Positions 53,543 through 64,000 of a stretch of DNA of 64,000 bases are shown here, in pieces. The notes beneath the pieces are model-generated. The model ran no database searches and was not told the DNA's origin. It worked only from the letters and a program-made list of their open reading frames with translations. Positions within the stretch are counted from its first letter, which is position 1. Each line of letters opens with the position of its first letter. Both the position numbers and the translations under genes were made by a program. Origin of the DNA: Eledone cirrhosa (lineage: Eukaryota); assembly GCA_964016885.1 (NCBI GenBank), contig OZ024757.1:11098001-11162000 (forward strand). The letters run 5' to 3'.

Positions 53543-54259
53543 TAAGTATCTAATTATTTAAAGATAGAAAAACGTTTCTGGCATTACTACACCTTTAAGT
53601 TTAAATTTCAATTGAATAACATTACAAATATATTTTATATATATATATATATAAATAACATTACAAATATGTTTTATATATATATATACATAAATAACAT
53701 TACAAATATGCTATATATATATACATAAATAACATTACAAATATGTTATATATATATATATACATAAATAACATTACAAATGTTTTATATATATATATCA
53801 TCATCATCATTTGACGTCCGCTTTTCCCTGCTTGCAAGGGTGGGACAGGAACTGATTCTGGCTTGATTTCTACAGCTGGATGCCCTTCCTAACACCAACC
53901 TCATTTACAGTGAGTGCTGGGTGCTTTTTTGCCGTGGCACCTACACGACCACTTTGCAGTGGAATAATAGGGACCCCAGTCCCTATCATCTCATTTCTAC
54001 AGCTGAGTAAACTGGAGCAATGTGAAATAAAGTGTCTTGCTCAAGGAAATAACACAACACCCGGTCTGAGAATTGAACTCACAACCTTTTGATTGCAAGG
54101 CTAATGCTCTAACCACTAAGCCATGTGCCTCCATATATATATATAAATAACATTACAGATATGTTTTATATATATATATATATACATAAATAACATTACA
54201 AATATGTTTTATATGTTTTATATATATATATAAATAACATTACAGATATGTTATATATA
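53543..54259 (-). repeat. Inverted copy of the 90-bp segment plus TAAATAACATTACA(A/G)ATATGTT(TA)n minisatellite (right arm), interrupted by a SINE
   Basis: Reverse complement of the 39584-40838 repeat family. Confidence 0.85.
53798..54132 (-). mobile_element. tRNA-derived CORE-type SINE with RTE-like 3' tail
   Basis: On the minus strand: A box TGGCTTAGTGG, B box GAGTTCAATTC and CORE-like CCTTGAGCAAGACACTTT. The tail is shared with the LINE at 60354-60540 and ends in (ATG)n. Confidence 0.88.
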
Positions 54260-55087
54260 TCATTATCTATAAAAGCCAGATTTTTGTGTCTGTATGTATG
54301 TTTCAATTTTATACATTTACACAATTCCAAAAATATTGAATGAATAATTAAGCAGAATGTTTACAAATATTCTAACTTGGGTTCATGGGCGAACTTATTG
54401 GATAAAAAATGCCCCAATTACGGAAAAATCGATTTATTTCAACAATCGATGATTTCTCCTCTCTCATATGATATACGTTTCCTATATCTACTCCCTTCAT
54501 CAACTCCCCTTAAAATTGCTTATTATAAGTGTTTGTGAAAAAGAGAAACATTGAAAAAAAACATATACACACATATATGTGGGTGCATACACACACATAT
54601 ATGTTGGTATGGTTACGATTGACGTCATAGAAACAGGAACGCGGGAATTTCAATCAATCAACGCATACACAGTTTGTTTTAGAAATAACAATAGCATATA
54701 ATGATAAAGAGGGATATAATGATAAAGAGGGAGAGAGAAACAAACAGACACACTAAAAGACGGATATATGTGTGTATGTTTGTATTAGCGCGTTCAAACT
54801 CCATTTCGAAGCTGACTTTCATTTACTAAACTGTAAGTTTTTCAATCGGCCTTACACTTTCAAACTATATTTTTCTGTATAAGTAACTTTAACCCTTTAT
54901 TTTCGACATAAAAATACACACATACAGACCTGTAAAGTTTTTTTTTGGACCTTTCTTATCAATCTTTTTACATTCAATTATCAGCCTTATACTTTCAAAG
55001 TCAATTTTTATGTTGAAGTAACTTTCAACCTTTAATACATACATACATACATACATACATACATACATACATACATACATACATACA

Positions 55088-55119
<32 letters not shown>

Positions 55120-57822
55120 CACACATACATACAAATACCTCTCACTTAATTTACATACACATCGGCCTTACACTTTCAAACTAAATTTTTCTGTAGAAGT
55201 AACTTTAACCCTTTCTTTTCGACATAAAAATACACACATACATACAAATACCTGTAAATTTTTTGGGGGGCCTTTCTTATCAATCTTTTTACATTCAATT
55301 ATCAGCCTTATACTTTCAAAGGCAATTTTTATGTTGAAGTAACTTTCACCCTTTATTTTTCGATACCCATTTACTTACTAACATTTGTATCACAACAACA
55401 ATAACAATATTCATAAACAGACAGTAGACTTTCAAAGTCAATTTTTCTGTAGAAGTAACTTTCACCCTTTCTTTTGGACATAAAATGCCACCTAAAAAGA
55501 GAAGTCGCCTCAGTCGACATACCGCGTCAGCAGTGGCGCAAAAGGCTACTATAACAAACGAGTCCTCTGAGGAAAATGCTTCAAGTCTTTCACAGACAGC
55601 CTTATGTTCAGCAGAATGTCGAGCCGCTGAAAGTTTCCAACAGCGCACCGCACGCCTAGCCAAAATGGCTTCATACCAGGTTTCTTCCAGGGCTTCAGAG
55701 AGCCGTGAACAAAGGTCGAAGCGCCTGGCTAGAAACGATGCGACTAATGCTGCTTCCAGGTCTTTGGAACGTTTAAAACAACGGACGGCTCGCCTTCCTA
55801 CGAACGCTGCGGCTATGACTACTTCCATGGCTTCTGAAGATGCAGACGGGCGGTCCATTAGCATTGCAAATGTTGCTTCTGCTATTGCTGCCAAACCTTC
55901 CCACCAACCACACGACCAATGTTCTACGTTCAAGCGTAACAGTCGACGGCGAGAGGCTGCACGCGGTGTGACGAGCCCCAACAGCCCTTACTGGCACCTA
56001 CGGGCTTTCAAGTATGAACAAAACGTTAATTACTCGATGCGCTCTGACATAAATATAGGCGAGATGCGCTTCAATTGCCAATTCTGCAATGCTACAAAGT
56101 GGGCTGGGGAGCCACCTGCAATGTGCTGCTTAAACGGTAAGGTCACCTTGCCCCCTCTTCCGGAACCGCCAGAGCCTTTGAAGGAAATACTGATTGGTTA
56201 TACCTCAAGGTAAAAAAAAAAAAACCCTGATCCCCCCCAATAAAAAACGATCCTGGGGATACCGGAAAAACTTTTGTAACGAATTTGATTCTCGCTAAGA
56301 TTCGTCAGGAGAAAAAAGTTGCGTTGTCCGTTGCATCGTCCGGGATCGCTGCTACTTTGCTGCCGGGAGGCAGGACAGCACATTCAACCTTTAAACTCCC
56401 TTTGGATTTAGTAAAAACTGAGACACCAACATGCAATATCAGCAAGAGTTCACACAAAGCTATGGTTCTCAAAAGATGTTGCCTCATTGTTTGGGATGAG
56501 AGCACAATGGCACACAAGGGTGCCCTTGAGGCATTGGACGGGGCCCGGAAAGACATTAGGGATTCTACGGCTCCTATGGGTGGCGTAACCCTTCTGCTAT
56601 CAGGGATTTTCGGAAAACGCTGCCTGTCATCCCCAAATGGACAAGAGCTGATGAAGTGCGTGCCTGTCTTAAGTCGTCCATGTTGTGGATCCAGGTGAAT
56701 AGTTTGTACCTGAGCACAAATATGCGTGCTCATTTGCATGGTGACAACATGTCTGCAGCACAGAACATTTTAGCACTTGGTGAGGGCAAGATCCCTGCGG
56801 ATGACAAGGGCGGCATAGCAATCGACACCCTGTGCAACATTGTGAGCAGCCCTTCTGACCTTTGGGAAGCAGTTTTTCCTAATGTCTCATCTAACTTTAA
56901 AAACCTCGATTGGCTCAGCGAAAGAGCCATCCTTGCTCCGAAAAATACCATGGTTAATTTTATTAACGAGCAGCTGATTGAGAAGATTCCCGGTAAAGAG
57001 CACATCTTCAAATCAGACCCCGACGATATCGTTAATTATCCGGTTGAGTTATTAAATCTCCTTGAGCCCCCAGGGCTCCCACCTCACATTATTAAGCTTA
57101 GGGTTGGCTGTCCCATTATGCTAATAAGGAACTTGCGTCCACAAAAGCAGTGCAACGGTACTCGCATGGTCGTCAAGTCACTGACACCCACTTGATTGAG
57201 GCCACCATTGTAACGGGGTGCGGAAGAGGGGAGAATGTTTTCATTCCAAGGATGAACCTTTTCCCCTCGGCGTCAGATATCCCGTTCGATTTCCGGCGAT
57301 CCCAATTCCCGGTGAGACCATGTTTTGCCATGTCCATTAACAAGTCACAAAGGCAAACATTGTCGGTGGCGGGCATCCATTTGGGGGAGCCATGCTTCTC
57401 CCATGGCCAACTTTATGTTGCCTGTTCCCGCGCAGGGAGCAGGAATGGACTTTTTGCTTACTCTCCTCAAGGGATGACACGCAATATCGTCTACAAAGAG
57501 GTGCTATAGATGTTGGTGCAGGTGTTGGAGCTATGCCGTCTGGAACACTATTTCCTGGTAGGGTATCCCATGGCGGACAGATCTGACACCCAGCGGCATC
57601 AGGGCCACCATCTTGCAACTTTGGTCTACTAAATTCGCTATTGGAAGATTATTAACCCATCCTTGATTGACCAAAATGCTAATTGGTTCGTAACTTTTAA
57701 TAACCGGTTCAACTGTTTATGCACTTAATTGATAAGCTTATTCGCTTTCAAACCACGTTTACCTGTATGTAACTTTTCATAGCAAATGAACAAACCCGAG
57801 AAACGCCGGGCTAAACTGCTAG
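54260..57822 (+). mobile_element. Helitron with both termini, Rep domain deleted
   Basis: 5' end A|TCATTATCTATAAAAG. 3' hairpin CCCGAGAAACGCCGGG followed by CTAG|T at 57819-57822. Internal ~315-bp duplication around (TACA)n at 54845-55360. Confidence 0.93.
55485..57509 (+). pseudogene. Helitron RepHel: N-terminal zinc finger joined to PIF1-type helicase, frameshifted
   Basis: CQFCNATKWAGEP..CCLNGKV.LP, then TGKTF, VASSGIAATLLPGGRTAHS, IVWDE, PIMLIRNL, FAMSINKSQ, FSHGQLYVACSR and NIVYKEVL*. Confidence 0.95.
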
Positions 57823-58089
57823 TGTATATATACATGAATACATCTATATATACACATCTCTATATATACTTGTGTGGGTTTGCGTATATATATTGTATTT
57901 ATATATAAAGTATATATATATATAAAGTATATATCTATTTTAGATATGTATATAGTCTCATTAATATATATATATATAACGAAATAGTCCAGAAATAGCC
58001 GTTGAAATGGCTTGAGCTCTGCAGTCGGGGTCATACATTTTCCTATATATATAATATATATATACTTTATATATATATATATATATATA

Positions 58090-60070
58090 TATTTATTAAA
58101 ATAACTGATTAAAGTTTAAGCAAACAATCGCTGCTTTTACCCTTAACGGGATCTTCTGAAACTAACAAAGTCAATATGTAAACACCAACTACTACATAAT
58201 GCTGTAACTAAGGATTACCGTAAAACTAATCGGTGCGTCATCAATGAAATCAACGATGCTGGGTTTAAAATCACATCCGATCTCAACATCCTGGACCGGA
58301 CCGAACCTCTGGACCCTATTTATCCCCACTTTACCCTGAAGGATCACAAATCCAATTTTCCGAACAACCCCTCTATTCGGCCTATTAACCCTACGAAGTC
58401 CGATTTAGGTAGACTTAGTAAAACGATTCTTGATAGAATTATACCTGAAATTAGAAGTTTGGCCCCTCTTGTACTGTGGAACAATTCTTTCGCGGTGATT
58501 GATTGGTTCAACGGCATATGTAACAAGGAACATTGCCGTTTTATCCAATTCGACATCAACAATTACTACTCCTCCATCACTTTACCACTTCTCCTTAGAG
58601 CTATCAATTTCGCTAAAACACTCACAGTGGTTAAGGATTTCGAACTTGATGTCATCCTCAATGCCCGAAAGTCGGTGATTAATTTCGACGACTCTATTTG
58701 GATTAAAAAATCCAATAGTATCCCATTCGACGTGAGTATGGGCGCCAGTGACTCTGCGGAGGTTACTGATCTTATTGGCCTTTTCCTTCTTTTCTCTATC
58801 AAGGACGAATTCCCCAACGCGGGCAGCGGTTTGTGCCGTGACGATGGTCTTTTGACCATGACTAAGTGCGGACTTCGTGCTTGCGACAGGTTCAGAAAAT
58901 AAATCACAGCCTTCTTTAAAGGCTTCAACCTCTTTATACAGGTTGAGGCCAATCTCTCGGTCGTTAATTTCCTCGACGTTACTCTCAATTTATTGAATGG
59001 GTTGTATTACCCGTATAGAAAGCCGAATGATACGCTTAATTACATAAGTAAGCATTCCAACCATCCTGCCAGCATAACCAAGAACCTGGTAAGAAACGTT
59101 TCGTTGAGGCTGTCCCGTCTTTCCACCAACGAGCGTATTTTCAACGACCATTCCACTTATTACAATGAAGCTCTTGCTCGAAGTGGATTTGTCGATAAGG
59201 TAGCATATACAGAGTACGAAAATAAACCTAGAAGAAATAGATCCCGTCGCATTTGTTGGTATAACCCGCCATATAATATGGAGGTGGCCACACCATTAGC
59301 TAAGATCTTTCTTTCCCTTATTACGAAGCATTTTCCCCCTACACATAAATATAGTAAAATTTTTAATAGAAATACTATTAAAATTTCTTACTCTACGACT
59401 CCTAACCATCACAGCTTCAAATTTAGCTAAACTACCTAGCCGTAGGAACACGTGCAACCCTGTAGTTAGTACTTACTGTAATTGTAGGAATCGGGCTGAT
59501 TGCCCCCTATCCGGGAAATGCCTCTCTAGTAACATTGTCTACAAATGTGAGGTTGTAACACCCACGTCCCGTAGGGCCTACATAGGGTTAACCGCCAATA
59601 GTTTCAAGCAGCGTCTTTACATGCATACCCATTTTTTTCGTTACCCTCTAAGAAGGAATATGACGTCACTTTCAGCTTATATCTGAAAGACAACCACACC
59701 CAATATAAGTTACACTGGGAGATCCTAGCTAGGGCTAGATCGTGTAACGGAAATAAAAGACCATGTGACCTCTGCGCCGCTGAGGCCCTGGAAATACTCT
59801 ACGCCACAGACCACATCTTAAACAAAAAATCTGAGGCAATTTCGGCTTGTAAACATAAATTGCACAAAACTTTCCTGTATTACAGCCCCACGTTATACCC
59901 TAACGGATAGTACGATCTATACGTGGATATTTTACGTCTTGATGTGGGAGCTAAGTATTTGTTAAACTTTAATCTGTTATTTTAATAAATATTTGCTCTA
60001 CGGTTCTTATATATTTGATATATATCTATCCTTATCGAGCCCTCTTCGGATTTAGTCTTCAAATTTATTA
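58090..60070 (+). mobile_element. Penelope-like retroelement (Naiad-type motifs), 5'-truncated, with an inverted 3'-end fragment upstream
   Basis: RT plus C-terminal GIY-YIG. 58091-58124 is the reverse complement of 59958-59990. Embedded in (TA)n on both sides. Confidence 0.9.
58156..59910 (+). pseudogene. PLE reverse transcriptase + GIY-YIG endonuclease, disrupted
   Basis: TLKDHKSNF..RPINPTKSDLG, FDINNYY, VSMGASDS, CRDDGL, NFLDVT, WYNPPY, CNCR....CPLSGKC, IVYKC..AYIGLT..FKQR, CDLC..E and LNKKSE..CKH. Stops at 58900 and ~59684, plus frameshifts. Confidence 0.93.
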
Positions 60071-60272
60071 TTATTACTATACTTTATATATATATACTTT
60101 ATATATATATATATATAATTTATATATATATATATACTTTATATATATATATATGCTTTATATACTTTTTATATATATATATACTTTATATATATATACT
60201 TTATATATATATATATACTTTATATATATATATATATATACTTTATATATATATATATACTTTATATATATA

Positions 60273-60306
60273 AAACCCATGTAAGCATGGAATATGGACG
60301 TTAAAC

Positions 60307-60339
<33 letters not shown>
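60273..60339 (+). mobile_element. RTE-family 3'-end stub with (GAT)n tail
   Basis: AAACCCATGTAAGCATGGAATATGGACGTTAAAC(GAT)n is an inverted homologue of 60354-60410. Confidence 0.8.
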
Positions 60340-60353
60340 ATATACTTTATATA

Positions 60354-62315
60354 TCATCATCATCATCATCATCTTCGTTTAACGTTCATATTCCACGCTC
60401 GCATGGGTTTGGACGGGAGTTTTCCCACTTGAAGCAAGAGTGGTTGTCTTGCTCGCATAGGACTGTCTGGCGGGTTTTCTACGGCTGGATGCCCTTCCTA
60501 ACACCAACCACACTTACAGTGTGGAACCGGGAGGTTTTTTCCGTGTTACCTACACGGCTACATTACAGCGTGGACTGTGTGTTTTCTTGTCGTGACACCT
60601 ACACGACCTCATTTGTTTCGGGCTGGATGTTGTGACACCAACATAACTTTACATTGAAAGGGATGGGGTGATTTTGTCACCCAGGTAACAGAAGCTGTCC
60701 ACTATTTCTATAGAACCATCTGTGCAATTGAAAGAGCTAGTATTCTCTGGGCACTTGCTGCTAATTATTGCACCAGAGCACCGGCCACATATAAAATCTA
60801 TGTTCTTAGTTAGCTTACCTGTGATCCCACTACATCTTTTATGCACCCATACTTTGCATTTGGGACATAAAATAGAGTTTCTACCTACGCCTTTCCTACA
60901 CACTGAGCATGGCCATTTCCCGGAAGGGACCGGCGCCTTATTTTCTTTCCTACAAACTAGAACTTTAGTCTTAGCCAGGTTAATTTTAAGGCCTTTTGAT
61001 TCTTGGCCATGCTTCCATGTTTGGAATTTCTTCTCTAGCTCGGCCATTTATTCAGCTATGAGCGTTAGATCATCTGCGTATAGGAGTTCCCATGGGCAGC
61101 CGGTCTTGAACTCCTCTGTTATAGCCTGAAGGGCAATAATAAATAGTAGGGGGATAAGAACGGAGCCCTGATGAACACCAACTTTTACGCTAAAGTCTTC
61201 ACTATATTCGTTGTTAATTCTAACCTTGCTGACTGTTTCTTTATACATGGCTTGTATAGCTCTCACAAGCCATTCATCAACACCTAGTTTTCTAAGAGCC
61301 CACCAGATAATGGAACGGGGGACTCTGTCGAAGGCTTTCTCCAAGTCGACAAAAGCTAAGTATAGGGGTTTACTTTTAGCTAGGTACTTCTCCTGTAGTT
61401 GTCGTACAATGAAAAGAGCGTCTGTGGTACTTTTGCCTGACACAAACCCGAACTGCAATTCATCTAGATCAATTCTCTCTCTGATTAGTTGCGCTATTAC
61501 TTTTTCTGTGACCTTCATGACCTGGTCGATTAATTTAATGCCTCTATAGTTACTCCTGTCTAGGGCATCTCCTTTGCCCTTGTAGCAGTTATGATAATGC
61601 CAGTCCTTCGGAACAACCCCATTCTGTTTGACTTGGTTTACTATCCGGGTGACCATGGTGTGTCCCACCGTTCCAGAGGCTTTCAGCATCTCAGCAACTA
61701 TTTCCGAAGGCCCAGCCGCCTTACCCGTCTTCATATCTTTGATTGCCTTACTTATTATACTACCTTCGACTAACACTGCTGGTCCCTCTATTGGGTCGAT
61801 GTGGGGGAGACTGTCTTTCTCCCATTTATTCTCCTCATTTAGTAGCCCTTCGTAGTGACACTTCTAAGCTACCTACTTATAAGCGTCAGTGATGGCAAGT
61901 ACACCATCATCATTAAGTACACACTTCTCCCCGACAATATCACGGTTTTCCTTGACACATTGCCTAGCAATCCTGAACACCTCACGTTTTTGGTCCTCGC
62001 GTTGTAGAACGTGCTTGAACTTTCTTTCCTCTGCTTCCCTTCTTGCGAAGTACACTTGTCTCCTAGCTTCCCTCCTGGCCACTTGATAGTCCTCTCTACT
62101 TCCCCCATCCCGCCATACATTCCAAGCCTGCTTTTTGGCCTTAATTGACTCCTCCACCTTACTGTTCCACCACCATGTTACTCTCCTCCAGCCTATCGAT
62201 CTGCTCCAGCCACAGACTTCGTCTGCTGCCATCAGCAGGTTTGCTTTCAGGAATTCCCACTGTTCCTCTATATTGTACTGCTTTCAGGAATTCCCACTGT
62301 TCCCCTATATTGTAC
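60354..62315 (-). mobile_element. RTE-clade LINE, 5'-truncated and internally deleted
   Basis: RT remnants, a 3' UTR and an (ATG)n tail. There is a 37-bp tandem duplication at the 5' break. Confidence 0.92.
60670..62270 (-). pseudogene. LINE RT with PHD-like finger, disrupted
   Basis: TWWWN, YKGKGD..NYRGIKL, FVDLEKAFDRVPR, GVHQGSVL.PLLF, ELLYADDL, then C..C..GVG.NSI.C..C..WVHK.CSG..C..C and FCYLGD. Sequence after FCYLGD is lost. Confidence 0.93.
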
Positions 62316-62387
62316 ATATATATGTATATATATATATGAATATAGATGTATATATATATATGTATGTATATATGATATATATATGTA

Positions 62388-63247
62388 CATGTGTGGACGA
62401 TATTTGGTCGCAATTTTCAACTGCTAATTTTATGCAAATTATTTTTTACTTCCGTTGTCACTCTTGTCCTCATAAAAACAGTGACTATATTTCCATTATT
62501 TATTTTCAGAATAATTGATTATGAATAATTTTGAACCTCCAAATTTGTGGCAGAGACATGGAGTTCTTCTTGGAATCTGCGCCGGGAGGACAAATAAGAC
62601 CAGAAGTTAACTCCCAGAACAACATGTGGCTCGCTGTCTCATCCAAAGACGTGCCCAGAGTCATGCAGATAAAGTTTCCACCGACAACATTGGTCTCAGG
62701 TGTCGTCATGCCACCTGACTGCTTCCCTGAGTGTCTCAAGCTGAACACCAATGGCTACATTCACGTTCTGAGCGAGGTATTAAAGCCCTGGATCGACCAG
62801 GTAGCTGCAGGTAGGCCGTACGTGTGGCAGTAAGACTCAGCGCCCTGCCATACCAGCCGAAAGATCCAAGCCGGGCTGACAGAGAACTTCGTTGACCTCA
62901 CTTCCCCTGACATCTGGCCTCCCAACTAGCCTGACTGCAATCCTCTCGACTTCTTTGTGTGGGGCGCAGTGAAACAAGACACCAACAGATCCAGCTGCAA
63001 TACGAAAGACGATTTGAAGGCCAGGATCACAAGTGCCTTTAGGGGCCTAAGTCAGGGGACAGTGACGAAGGCCTGTGGCCGGTTTCGAGGCCGTCATCAA
63101 AGCCAATGACGGGTTTATCGAGTGAGAATGAAAGAACAAGTCATGAAGACAAACTGACCCAAGTTTGATAAATAAATCTTAAAAAACAAAACTACTGTTA
63201 TTTTTTCATAGACAGTAATCTTGCGAATAATTATCGTCCGCACCCTG
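62388..63247 (+). mobile_element. Tc1/mariner DD37D (maT) transposon, internally deleted
   Basis: Degenerate ~27-bp TIRs (CATGTGTGGACGATATTTGGTCGCAA / TTGCGAATAATTATCGTCCGCACCCTG) with TA on the left. Protein WQ*DSAPCH...WPPN*PDCNPLD has 37 residues between the last two catalytic Asp. Confidence 0.88.
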
Positions 63248-63268
63248 TGTGTATACATATATAATATA

Positions 63269-63864
63269 CTAACAGTAAAGCCCGGCGTTGCTCGGGGTCG
63301 CTCAGTAGCTGTGTTAAAGTTACAATGTTAAGTTTCTTTTTTGGCTTAAAGTCAGTCTGCACGACTGTCTGTCTGCACGCCTAACGAAATTTACAGATAC
63401 ATATATTTTAAATAAACTTATATAATTTTTGCTTTTTTTTACGAAATATTTGCTTGTTTTACGTAGTCTTTAAATAGACTTGTTTTCAAGTAAAAATATT
63501 GTTTTAAAAGGCTTTTAAATGGAAATGAAGCAAAACGGAAGCTTAGTGTTCGAACTGATGAATTTTGCAGGTCAAAATTTTGCTGGCTCGACAACTGTTC
63601 GTGTATTGTGTTAATGTCATTTTAAACGCTCAATGTAAACAGAACAAAGGGAAATAACTCGTCACTTACGCTCAAAAATCGATACATTAGATTCGATTTC
63701 GTCACATAGGGTGGGTCAATTTGAAATATTATTTTTCCGATGTCTTCGCTAGGGCTCAATGTACAAGTATAGCAATTTCGGTGCAATTCCGTCAGAGATT
63801 CTAAGAGGAGATGTGTGCCAAAAATCGATAGACAGACAGACAACCACAGCTTTATATATATAGA
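63269..63864 (-). mobile_element. Non-autonomous Helitron (~600 bp)
   Basis: Minus strand: A|TCTATATATATAAAG(CTGT)n 5' end, 3' hairpin CCCGAGCAACGCCGGG and TTAG|T. The 3' end is nearly identical to 57795-57822. Confidence 0.85.
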
Positions 63865-63870
63865 TAGATG

Positions 63871-63917
<47 letters not shown>

Positions 63918-64000
63918 AAGTTTGTACTCATCAATGGCCTTCCAACCGTCGTAGGCATTTCGTCGCATTAAAGGCCATATACCTCAGGTTGGTGCGAGCA

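Noticed and set aside
59680-59690. In-frame TGA as selenocysteine (reported for some Naiad PLEs)
   Set aside because: It falls at the expected Trp (YIW) next to a frameshift, not at a Cys. No SECIS was recognised and the copy is decayed.
39682-63958. YIYI/VCVC/MYVC ORFs and antisense ORFs over TE genes
   Set aside because: These are translations of microsatellites or shadow frames of pol, RepHel and RT.

Overview
Eukaryotic (animal) repeat-dense DNA with no recognisable host gene. The (TA)n/(CAT)n microsatellites, tRNA-CORE SINE and RTE LINE suggest a mollusc, possibly an octopus (inference only). Bases 1-33516 are a ~53-bp satellite with kb-scale higher-order duplications, and 42578-50580 is a second, 48-bp satellite. 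The rest is decayed, nested mobile elements: a Mag-like Ty3/gypsy LTR element lacking gag/protease, three Helitrons, a piggyBac fragment carrying a MITE with a 9-bp TSD, a SINE, a Penelope-like RT+GIY-YIG element, an RTE LINE and a DD37D (maT) transposon. The most notable signals lie outside the ORF track. First, there is a cluster of type I hammerhead-ribozyme motifs at 35.5-42 kb, including two independent insertions of a ~340-400-bp non-coding palindromic element (one copy has a hammerhead on each strand). Second, inverted minisatellite+unique arms at 39.6-40.8 kb and 53.5-54.3 kb bracket the 48-bp satellite in a Foldback-like layout. All comparisons were made by eye; no searches or folding calculations were run.
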